Shown piece by piece: positions 1-8,614 of a stretch of 64,000 bases of DNA; position 1 is the stretch's first letter, and each line of letters starts with the position of its first letter. The notes under the pieces are model-generated. The model did not search any database, was not told the origin of the DNA, and was given only the letters and a program-made list of their open reading frames with translations. The DNA is from an uncultured Gemmatimonadales bacterium (lineage in GTDB: Bacteria > Gemmatimonadota > Gemmatimonadetes > Gemmatimonadales > GWC2-71-9), in assembly GCA_963779755.1 (NCBI GenBank), contig CAVZZO010000001.1:1728001-1792000 (forward strand), given 5' to 3'. Both the position numbers and the translations under genes were made by a program.

Positions 1-1617
1 GCGCCGGGGAGCATCACCAACCAGCTGCATCAGCCGCCGCTGGTTTTCCTGGGAAGCGTGTTCGACTTCTCGTGTCAGGGTTTTGCCGGCGGCGACTCCC
101 TGGCCTTCGTCCGGGTCGACGGGAAATCCCTGACCCCCGTGCTCTCCGGCACCACCATGCGGCTCGATCTGCCGCAGCCGCTGGCGCCCGGCGCCTCGCT
201 CGATCTGGAGCTGGGCTGGTCGTTCCGGGTCCCGCCTTACGGCGGCGGCCGCATGGGGCGCGACGGATTGCTCTACGAGATTGCCCAGTGGTATCCGCGG
301 ATGGCGGTGTATGACGATATCCGCGGCTGGAACCACGAGCCGTATATCGGGGCGGGTGAGTTCTACCTCGAGTACGGCAGCTTCGATGTGCAGCTTACCG
401 TCCCCGCCACCTTCCTGGTGGCGGCGACCGGGACGCTGCAGAACCCGGAGGCCGTCCTGACCGCCGCCGAGCGCGACCGGCTGGCCCGCGCGCGGCAGTC
501 CGACACGGCCATGGCGGTGATCACGAAGGCGGAAGCGTCGAACGCGGTGAAGACGCGTCCGGCGCAGCGCGGCGAGCTGACCTGGCACTTCACCGCCGAC
601 AGCGTACGCGACTTTGCCTTTGCCACGGCGCCGGGGCTGCGCTGGGATGCCAGCGGCTACGACGGGATCCTCATCAACACCCTGTATCGCCCCGCGGCCG
701 CCCGCTGGGAAGAGGCCAATCGGATGGCGCGCGAAGCCATTCGGTATTTCAGCGAGCAGTGGTACCGCTATCCCTATCCGCACGCCACCACGGTCGAAGG
801 GCCGATCGAGGGGATGGAGTACCCCATGCTCACCTTCGTACCCAACAGCCCCGCGCGGGAGGACCTTCAGTGGGTGCTCTCCCATGAGTTCGGGCACGAG
901 TGGTTCCCCATGGTGGTGGGCTCCAACGAGCGGCTCTACCCCTGGATGGATGAGGGTTTCAACACATTCATCGACCTCGGCGGGGCGGCGCGCTACTTCG
1001 AGGGAACCCCCTACGGCGACAGCATCGAGGTGCATCCGCTGCACCTCTACCCCGATCACGCCGTCGCCGGCCAGGAGCAGCCGCTCATCACCCGTCCGGT
1101 GGAATCACGCGACCTCTTCTGGACCGCATACCAGAAACCGGCGCTCATGATGCAGGAGCTGCGTTACGAGGTGCTGGGCAGGGAGCGCTTCGATCCGGCC
1201 TTCCGGGCGTACATCCAGGCCTGGGCTTTCAAACATCCGGCGCCGGCCGATTTCTTCCGGCTGATGCGCGATCAGTCGGGCGTGGACCTGGACTGGTTCT
1301 GGCGCGAATGGGTGTTCTCCACTGCTCGGCTCGACCAGGCGGTGGACTCGGTGCGCTCCAGCCCCGACAGCGGCAGCGCGGTCTATCTCTCCAACCGGCG
1401 CAAGATGGTGATGCCCGCCGAGCTGGAGCTGACCTACGCCGACGGCCGGACAGAGCGGATCCATCTGCCCATTGAAATGTGGAACCAGGGGCCGCGGTTT
1501 ACCTATCGCGCCCCGAAGGGGAAGACGGTGGTGAAGGCGGATCTGGATCCGCGTCATGCACTGCCGGATGTGGATCGGGGGAACAATGTGGGGACGGAAA
1601 CAGGAGAACAGCACTGA
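1..1617 (+). CDS. M1 family (gluzincin) aminopeptidase, 5'-truncated by window edge
   Basis: GMEYP exopeptidase motif, HEFGH zinc motif and downstream MDEGF glutamate. Frame is open back to position 1, so the true start is upstream of the window. Confidence 0.9.
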   Translation, partial: APGSITNQLHQPPLVFLGSVFDFSCQGFAGGDSLAFVRVDGKSLTPVLSGTTMRLDLPQPLAPGASLDLELGWSFRVPPYGGGRMGRDGLLYEIAQWYPRMAVYDDIRGWNHEPYIGAGEFYLEYGSFDVQLTVPATFLVAATGTLQNPEAVLTAAERDRLARARQSDTAMAVITKAEASNAVKTRPAQRGELTWHFTADSVRDFAFATAPGLRWDASGYDGILINTLYRPAAARWEEANRMAREAIRYFSEQWYRYPYPHATTVEGPIEGMEYPMLTFVPNSPAREDLQWVLSHEFGHEWFPMVVGSNERLYPWMDEGFNTFIDLGGAARYFEGTPYGDSIEVHPLHLYPDHAVAGQEQPLITRPVESRDLFWTAYQKPALMMQELRYEVLGRERFDPAFRAYIQAWAFKHPAPADFFRLMRDQSGVDLDWFWREWVFSTARLDQAVDSVRSSPDSGSAVYLSNRRKMVMPAELELTYADGRTERIHLPIEMWNQGPRFTYRAPKGKTVVKADLDPRHALPDVDRGNNVGTETGEQH

Positions 1618-1691
1618 GAGAAAAGGCCTGAGAGAGAAGGACTGGGAGAAAAGGACTGGGAGAAAAGCCGGTCCTTCCGCTCAGTCCTTTG
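1614..1691. repeat. 14-bp tandem repeat (GACTG[A/G]GAGAAAAG-like) with an inverted copy, between convergent genes
   Basis: ctgagagaaaaggcctgagagagaaggactgggagaaaaggactgggagaaaag followed by cagtccttt. The same unit occurs at 14498-14553. Confidence 0.75.
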
Positions 1692-2781
1692 CGCGTTCCT
1701 CTTTTCCGGTCGCCCGCCGCAGCATCAGCAGCTCGGAGACATTCTCCAGGGTCAGCAGCCCGACCAGCCGGCCGTCCTGCACCACCGGCAGGGCCGGCAC
1801 GCCGCTGGCCCGCAGCCGCGCCAGCGCCTGGGGAAACGGCACCTCGGGCCCCAGCGCCGGTACCGGGCCGGCCATGGCTTCGGCCACCGTCCCGTTCTCC
1901 CCATGCTGGGCGAGTCCCCGCACCAGCAGGTCCCGTGTCAGGATGCCTTCCACGGCTCCGAGGTTGTCCACCACCGGGAACTCGCTCTGGTCGCCCTCCA
2001 GCAGCAACCGCGCCGCATCGCTCAGCCGGGCGTGGATCGGGAGGGTCTGAAAGCGTGTCATCATCATATCCGCCGCCGTCACGCCCGCCCCGGCAAAGCG
2101 GGTTTCCACCGCCGACATTTCGGCGGCGGCGCCGGTAAAGACGAACAGGGCAATGAGCAGGAGCAGGATGTTGAAATGGCCCACCACGGCCAGGATGCCG
2201 AACAGCACCGCGAGCCCCTGCCCGATGCGCGCGGCGACCCGGGTGGCCCGTTGCAGCCCCATCCGGCTGGAAAGGATGGAGCGCAGCACCCGTCCGCCGT
2301 CCATGGGAAAGGCGGGGATCAGGTTGAAGACCAGCAGGATCACGTTCACCAGCATGAGCTGGGTGAAGAAGGGCAGGGTGAGGGCATTTTCCGTCCGGGG
2401 CAGGATCGGCTGGTGCGTCAGCCGCAGCATCACGAGCAGCACGCCGGCGATGGCCAGGGTGACGGCGGGGCCGGCCAGGGCAACCAGCAGTTCCTGTTTC
2501 GGCTCCTCGGGAATGCGCTCCAGCCGGGCCACGCCGCCGATGGGGAGCAGCAGGATGTCCGGCGTGCGCACCCCGAAGCGGCGCGCCATCATGATGTGGC
2601 CGAACTCGTGCGCCAGCACGCAGGCGAAGAGGGCCAGCAGAAAGACGACGCTGCCCACGGCCGCCGCCGTGCCCCCCTGCTGTGCTGCGCTCAGGGCAAA
2701 CCACGCCAGCAGCAGGAGGAAGGTCACATGGACCTTGACCTCCGTGCCGGCGATGCGGACCAGACGGAAGGACCAGCGCAT
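1681..2781 (-). CDS. Site-2 protease (M50) with C-terminal CBS pair
   Basis: HEFGH and NLIPAFPMDGG motifs in hydrophobic helices; two CBS-like repeats (FPVVD...GILT, LPVV...GLLT). Confidence 0.93.
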   Translation of the reverse strand: MRWSFRLVRIAGTEVKVHVTFLLLLAWFALSAAQQGGTAAAVGSVVFLLALFACVLAHEFGHIMMARRFGVRTPDILLLPIGGVARLERIPEEPKQELLVALAGPAVTLAIAGVLLVMLRLTHQPILPRTENALTLPFFTQLMLVNVILLVFNLIPAFPMDGGRVLRSILSSRMGLQRATRVAARIGQGLAVLFGILAVVGHFNILLLLIALFVFTGAAAEMSAVETRFAGAGVTAADMMMTRFQTLPIHARLSDAARLLLEGDQSEFPVVDNLGAVEGILTRDLLVRGLAQHGENGTVAEAMAGPVPALGPEVPFPQALARLRASGVPALPVVQDGRLVGLLTLENVSELLMLRRATGKEERAKD

Positions 2782-2861
2782 GCCCGAAGTATAGCGGCTT
2801 CCTCCCGTCTGGCCCCGGTCGGCGCTAACTTATTCCCGTACCCCGTCCTGGAGCCCTCGCC

Positions 2862-4796
2862 ATCGCCACCACCACCGCGCCCGCCGCCGCCGGCTGGACC
2901 ACCCGGGATTCCGAGAAGCTCTATAACATGAGCGGCTGGGGCCAGGGCTATTTCCGGATCAATCCGGACGGCCACGTGTCCGTGCACCCGGACGCCAATC
3001 CCAAACGCGGGCTGGACCTCTACCAGTTGGCGCTCGATCTCAACGCCCAGGGCGTCGGCCTGCCGCTGCTGCTCCGGTTTTCCGATATCCTGCGCTCCCG
3101 CGTGGATACGCTGGCGGGCGAGTTCCAGCACGCCATCAGCGAGTTCACCTATGAAGGGGCCTACACCGCGGTGTATCCCATCAAGGTGAACCAGCAGCGT
3201 CACGTGGTGCAGGAAATCGTGGAGTTCGGCCGCCCCTACCACGTGGGGCTGGAGTGCGGCAGCAAGGGCGAGCTGCAGGCGGTACTGGGGCTCACCGATC
3301 GCACCGAAAACCTGATCATCTGCAACGGCTACAAGGACGAGGAGTTCATGCGGCTGGCCCTGATGGGCCAGAAGCTGGGCCACCGCGTCATGATCGTGCT
3401 GGAGCAGCTGAGCGAGCTCGACGTCCTGCTCCAGGTGGCCGCGGACCTGGGCACGGTGCCCACCATGGGGGTGCGGATCAAGCTGGCCAGCCAGGGAAGC
3501 GGCCGCTGGGCCAAGAGCGCGGGCGAAGGCTCCAAGTTCGGGCTCAGCGCCGCCGAGCTGATGAAACTGCTGAGCCGTCTGGATGAGCTGGGGCGTCGCG
3601 AGGTGCTCAAGCTGATCCACTTCCACCTGGGCAGCCAGATCCCCGACATCCGCTACATCAAATCCGCCCTGGAAGAGGCCAGCCGGTTCTACCTCGAGCT
3701 GCACCGGATGGGCTTCCCGGTGGAGTTCGTGGATGTGGGGGGCGGCCTGGGCGTGGATTACGACGGCTCCCGCTCCACCCGCCCGGCCAGCATCAACTAC
3801 AGCATCCGGGAGTACGCCAACGACGTGGTGTACACCCTGGGGAATGCCTGCCGCACGGCCGGGATCCCCATGCCGCACATCGTCTCCGAGTCGGGCCGGG
3901 CGCTCACCGCCCACCATTCGCTCCTGCTGGTGAATGTGATCGGGGTCGAGATGCCCTCGGAGCCGCCGGTGCCCAAGGTCGGCAAGCGGGCTCACCAGGT
4001 GCTGCGCGACATGGCGGAGAATCTGGAATCCATGAGCGTGGAGCGGGCCCAGGAAGTGGCGCACGACGCGGTGTTCGCCAAGCAGCGGGCGCAGGAGCTC
4101 TTCGTGAACGGCGTGTTCAGCCTGGAGGAGCGGGCTACGGCCGAGCAGCTCTACGTCGCCACCATGCGCCAGCTGGGACGGCTCATCGCCGAGGAAAAAT
4201 CGAGCTTCCCCGAAGTGAGCGCCGACGTCGAGGCCACGCTGGTGGACCGCTACTTCTGCAATTTTTCCGTCTTTCAGTCGCTGCCCGACAACTGGGCCAT
4301 CGACCAGCTCTTTCCCATCATGCCCATCCACCGGCTGCTGGAGCAGCCCACCCGCCGGGGTACGCTGCACGATATCACCTGCGATTCCGACGGCGTAATC
4401 GACCGTTTCCCCGGCGGCCGCAAGGGCAAGCCGGCGCTGGAGCTGCATGCGGTGGCCGAGGGAGCGCCTTACATCCTGGGCATCTTCCTCACCGGTGCCT
4501 ATCAGGAGATCCTGGGCGACCTGCACAATCTCTTCGGCGACACCAACGCGGTGCACGTCCGCCTCACCGACACCGGCTACGAGATCACCGACCTGGTGCA
4601 CGGCGATACCGTCACCGAGGTGCTGAACTACGTGCAGTTCCACGCCTCCGACCTGCTGGCCACCTTCCGGCGCAAGGTGAACGCCGCCAGCGGCCTCACC
4701 CGGCAGGAAGCCAACGCATTCATCGCCGACTACGTAGCCGGGCTGGAAGGCTATACCTACCTGGAGGGCGATATTCCGCGGGAAGCGGCCGGCTGA
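2862..4796 (+). CDS. speA: Biosynthetic arginine decarboxylase
   Basis: WGQGYF, VYPIKVNQ (PLP lysine), HFHLGSQI, DVGGGLGVDYDG, TCDSDG and GAYQEILGDLHNLFGD motifs. First ATG is at 2928, but conserved-looking residues extend upstream to an ATC at 2862 (see findings). Confidence 0.93.
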   Translation: MATTTAPAAAGWTTRDSEKLYNMSGWGQGYFRINPDGHVSVHPDANPKRGLDLYQLALDLNAQGVGLPLLLRFSDILRSRVDTLAGEFQHAISEFTYEGAYTAVYPIKVNQQRHVVQEIVEFGRPYHVGLECGSKGELQAVLGLTDRTENLIICNGYKDEEFMRLALMGQKLGHRVMIVLEQLSELDVLLQVAADLGTVPTMGVRIKLASQGSGRWAKSAGEGSKFGLSAAELMKLLSRLDELGRREVLKLIHFHLGSQIPDIRYIKSALEEASRFYLELHRMGFPVEFVDVGGGLGVDYDGSRSTRPASINYSIREYANDVVYTLGNACRTAGIPMPHIVSESGRALTAHHSLLLVNVIGVEMPSEPPVPKVGKRAHQVLRDMAENLESMSVERAQEVAHDAVFAKQRAQELFVNGVFSLEERATAEQLYVATMRQLGRLIAEEKSSFPEVSADVEATLVDRYFCNFSVFQSLPDNWAIDQLFPIMPIHRLLEQPTRRGTLHDITCDSDGVIDRFPGGRKGKPALELHAVAEGAPYILGIFLTGAYQEILGDLHNLFGDTNAVHVRLTDTGYEITDLVHGDTVTEVLNYVQFHASDLLATFRRKVNAASGLTRQEANAFIADYVAGLEGYTYLEGDIPREAAG

Positions 4797-4797
4797 G

Positions 4798-7700
4798 ATG
4801 CCCCGGAAACCCGGCAAACGACCGGCGCCGCGCGCACGCAAGGCCGCCGGGAAGCGTGCGCCGGGCCGCCGGGCCGCCGAGCCCGGCGCGGGGAAGGGCC
4901 CCTTCCCGGTCGTGGCGATCGGCGCCTCGGCCGGCGGTCTGAAGGCCCTGCAGGGGTTTCTCAGCGGCATCCCGGCCGACTGCGGCCTGGGGTTCTGCGT
5001 CATTCAGCATCTCGATCCTACCCACCGCAGCAACATGGCGGAGCTGCTCGGCCGCCATACCGGGCTCACGGTCTCCGATGCCGAGGAGGGGACGCGCCTC
5101 ACCCCGGGCCACGTCTACACCATCCCTCCCAATACGGTGATGGTGATCGCCGATGGGACCCTCCACCTGCACCAGCCGTTGGAAAAGCGCGGGGCTCGCA
5201 TGCCCATCGACGCGTTCTTCCGCTCGCTGGCCGAGGAACGGCAGGAGCGGGCCATCGGGGTGGTCCTCTCCGGGACCGGCTCCGACGGCACCCTCGGCTT
5301 GCGCGCCATCAAGGCGGCGGGCGGGCTCTGTGTGGCGCAGGACCCCGACACGGCCGAGCACGACGGCATGCCGCGAAGCGCCATCACCACCGGTCTGGTG
5401 GACTATATCCTGCCGGTGGAGCGCATGGGCGACGCGCTGCTCAAGTTCGTGCGCCATCCGTATATCACGCAGGCACCCCCGCCCGACCGGGCGGCCCCGG
5501 CGCCCGACGGCATCCAGGCCATTCTGGCGCTGTTGCGTGCCCGGATCAAGTTCGATTTCGCCGGTTATCGCCGGGGCACCCTGGCGCGCCGCATCCAGCG
5601 CCGCATGGGCTTGCGCCATATCGTGCGTTTCCCGGAATACCTCCAGTACCTCCGGGATCATCCTGCAGAGGTGCAGGACCTCTTCAAGGACCTGCTCATC
5701 AGCGTCACGGCCTTCTTCCGCGAGCCCGAGGCCTGGCGCTACCTGGCGGACCACGTGGTGCCGCGCATCGTCCCCAGCCACGACGAAGAACGGCCCGTCC
5801 GCGTCTGGGTACCCGGCTGCGCCACGGGAGAGGAAGCCTACTCCGCCGCCATGGTCATTCTGGAGAAGCTGGACGCCCTGAACCTGAGCATTCCGGTGCA
5901 GGTCTTTGCCTCCGACCTCGATCGCGACGTGCTGGAACAGGCCCGGATGGGCATCTATCCCGAGAGTATCGCGGCGGAATTGTCCCCGGAACGGCTGCGC
6001 CGGTTTTTCATCCGCCGTGAGAGCGGGGCGTATCAGGTCTGCAAGCAGTTGCGGGAGTCCGTGGTGTTCGCACAGCAGAACGTGCTGGTGGACCCGCCCT
6101 TCAGCCGCCTGGATCTCATCACCTGCCGGAACCTGCTGATTTACCTGGAGCCGGAGACCCAGCGCCGCCTGATGTCGCTCTTCCATTTTGCCCTGCGGGA
6201 GAACGGCTTCCTCTTCCTCGGCAATGCGGAATCGGTCCCCGCACAGCAGGATCTGTTCGAATCGGTCTCCAGACGCTGGCGCGTCTATCGCCGCATCGGC
6301 GCGGGCCGGCCCGAGCGGGTGGAGTTTCCCGCCCCCACCGGGTCGATCGCGCCACGCGCGCCCACCGTGCTGCCGCCGATGTCGCTTCCCCTGCCGGCCC
6401 GGGAAGCGAAGGTGGGCACGGCCGTCCAGGATATTCTGCTCGAGCGGTTCATCCCCGCCAGCGTCGTGGTCAATCCCAAGGGAGAAATCCTCTATCAGTA
6501 CGGCCCCACCGGCCGCTTCCTGGAGCCGCCGCGCGGGCGGGTCAGCAGCGACTTGTTACGGCAGGTGAGCGGCGGTCTCCGCAGCCACCTGCGGAACGCG
6601 CTGCGGCAGGCGGGCCAGACGGGTGAACGGGTCACCACCCGGGTCACCCGCCGCAAGGGCCCGGACGGCGGCCAGCTGGTGACAATCTCGGTCGAGCAAC
6701 TCCACCATCCGCCGGAGGCCGGGGGCCTGCTGCTGGTGGTGCTGGAAGAACAGCCGCTGCCGGACCGTGCCGGTACCCTGTCGGCCGCGGAGGAGCGCCT
6801 GGTATCGCAGCTCGAATACGAACTCCGCGTGTCGCAGGAAGAGCTGCGCACCACCACCGAACAGCTGGCGACCTCGAACGAGGAGTACAAGGCCGCCAAT
6901 GAAGAGATGATGTCGATGAACGAGGAGCTCCAGTCCACCAACGAGGAGCTGGAGACCTCGAAAGAAGAGCTGCAGTCGCTCAACGAAGAGCTGAGCACGG
7001 TCAACAGCCAGCTGGAAGCCAAGGTGGCCGAGCTGGAACAGTCGAACAACGACCTGGCCAATCTGATCAACAATACCGAGATCGGCACGCTCTTCCTGGA
7101 TCTGCATCTCCGGGTCCGGCGCTTCACGCCCGCGCTCAACCGGCTGATGCGGCTCATCCCGGCCGACATCGGCCGCTCGATCGGCGATGTCCGGCAGCGC
7201 TTCCAGGCCGTCGATCTGTACCACGACGCACAGGCGGTGCTGGAACGGCTCACCCCCATTGAGCGGCAGGTCCGGAGCGAGGAGGGAAGCTGGTATCTGT
7301 GCCGGCTGCTGCCCTATCGCACCGAAGACCACCAGGTGGGCGGCATCATCATCACCTTCGTGGACATCACCGACCGCCGCCTGGCCGAAAGCCGCCGCTT
7401 TGCCGAGACCATCCTCGCCACCACCCGCGAGCCGGTGCTGGTGCTGCGGACCGATCTCCAGGTGTATGCCGCCAACCGGGCCTTCCTCGAGCTGGTCGGG
7501 AGGCCGAACGCGGACGTCGAGGGCGCCGCGCTGGCCGATATCGCCGCCCTGCTGGGGAGCGACGAGACCCTGATCGCCTCGGCGCGGCGCGTCATCGACG
7601 GGGCAGAGGTAACCACCGATATTCCGCTCGGGCGGGATATCGGCGATGGTCGCCATGCCCTGATGGGCGACATTCAGCCACTGAAGCTGGACGACGGCGG

Positions 7701-8457
7701 CCCGGACATGATCCTCCTGGTGTTGCGGGACGTCAGCCGGCAGCAGGAGGAATCCAACCAGGCCCGGCAGAACCAGATGACTACCCGCGAGCTGCTGCGG
7801 GAGTTCCTGCGACTGCAGGAAGAAGAGCGGCGGGGAATCGCCCGCGAGCTGCACGACCAGGTCGGACAATACCTGACGGCGATCGGCCTGGCCCTGAAAT
7901 CGCTTCAGGGCCGCACCGCCGACGACCCGGCGCTGGCGGGGCTGCTGGATCATCTGCGGGAGATGACCGGCCAGTTGAGCCGGCGCACGCATACCCTGGC
8001 GCTGGAGTTGCGGCCGCCGGAACTGGACCAGCTGGGGCTGGTGCACGCGCTGGAGAGCTATCTGGAAGAGCGGGCCGAGCATGCCGGCCTGCAGGTGAGT
8101 CTCGATGCTTCGGGCCTCGCCGGGGCGACCCTGCCGCCCGAGACGGAAACCACCCTGTTCCGGGTGCTGCAGGAAGCGCTCACCAACGTCATCCAGCATG
8201 CGCATGCGAATGCGGTGCAGGTGTCGCTCAGCGTGCAGGATGGCACCGTCACCATGCTGGTGCGCGACGACGGCAGCGGCTTCGATGCCGCGGCCGTTCT
8301 GGCCGGCCGGGGCCCCGCGCGCCGGCTCGGCATTCTCGGCATGGAGGAGCGGGTCAGTCAGATCGGCGGGTCGCTGACCGTAGAGTCGGCGTCCGGGGCC
8401 GGTGCCACCGTCCGGGTGGCGGTGCCGGTGGAAGGGTCGCCGCCCCCCGGGGTGTGA
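4798..8457 (+). CDS. CheB methylesterase-CheR methyltransferase fusion with PAS domains, coiled coil and HisKA_3/HATPase kinase
   Basis: CheB motifs GASAGG, QHLDP and GTGSDG; CheR motifs VTAFFRE, GCATGEEAYS and CRNLLIY; NEELQSTNEEL coiled coil; ERRGIARELHD H-box; DDGSGF and GILGMEER boxes. Confidence 0.92.
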   Translation: MPRKPGKRPAPRARKAAGKRAPGRRAAEPGAGKGPFPVVAIGASAGGLKALQGFLSGIPADCGLGFCVIQHLDPTHRSNMAELLGRHTGLTVSDAEEGTRLTPGHVYTIPPNTVMVIADGTLHLHQPLEKRGARMPIDAFFRSLAEERQERAIGVVLSGTGSDGTLGLRAIKAAGGLCVAQDPDTAEHDGMPRSAITTGLVDYILPVERMGDALLKFVRHPYITQAPPPDRAAPAPDGIQAILALLRARIKFDFAGYRRGTLARRIQRRMGLRHIVRFPEYLQYLRDHPAEVQDLFKDLLISVTAFFREPEAWRYLADHVVPRIVPSHDEERPVRVWVPGCATGEEAYSAAMVILEKLDALNLSIPVQVFASDLDRDVLEQARMGIYPESIAAELSPERLRRFFIRRESGAYQVCKQLRESVVFAQQNVLVDPPFSRLDLITCRNLLIYLEPETQRRLMSLFHFALRENGFLFLGNAESVPAQQDLFESVSRRWRVYRRIGAGRPERVEFPAPTGSIAPRAPTVLPPMSLPLPAREAKVGTAVQDILLERFIPASVVVNPKGEILYQYGPTGRFLEPPRGRVSSDLLRQVSGGLRSHLRNALRQAGQTGERVTTRVTRRKGPDGGQLVTISVEQLHHPPEAGGLLLVVLEEQPLPDRAGTLSAAEERLVSQLEYELRVSQEELRTTTEQLATSNEEYKAANEEMMSMNEELQSTNEELETSKEELQSLNEELSTVNSQLEAKVAELEQSNNDLANLINNTEIGTLFLDLHLRVRRFTPALNRLMRLIPADIGRSIGDVRQRFQAVDLYHDAQAVLERLTPIERQVRSEEGSWYLCRLLPYRTEDHQVGGIIITFVDITDRRLAESRRFAETILATTREPVLVLRTDLQVYAANRAFLELVGRPNADVEGAALADIAALLGSDETLIASARRVIDGAEVTTDIPLGRDIGDGRHALMGDIQPLKLDDGGPDMILLVLRDVSRQQEESNQARQNQMTTRELLREFLRLQEEERRGIARELHDQVGQYLTAIGLALKSLQGRTADDPALAGLLDHLREMTGQLSRRTHTLALELRPPELDQLGLVHALESYLEERAEHAGLQVSLDASGLAGATLPPETETTLFRVLQEALTNVIQHAHANAVQVSLSVQDGTVTMLVRDDGSGFDAAAVLAGRGPARRLGILGMEERVSQIGGSLTVESASGAGATVRVAVPVEGSPPPGV

Positions 8458-8614
8458 GCTTCCTCACTTCCGGCGCGGGCTGCCCGCTGCACTTTTCCCC
8501 AATCCTTAACCTGCCTATGGTATGGAGGAGCGGGCGACCGATCCGCTCCGGCTTCTGATCGCTTCGCCGTTCCCTGTCACATCCCGCCGCGGGTGCGCCC
8601 GCGCGAGTGCCTTC

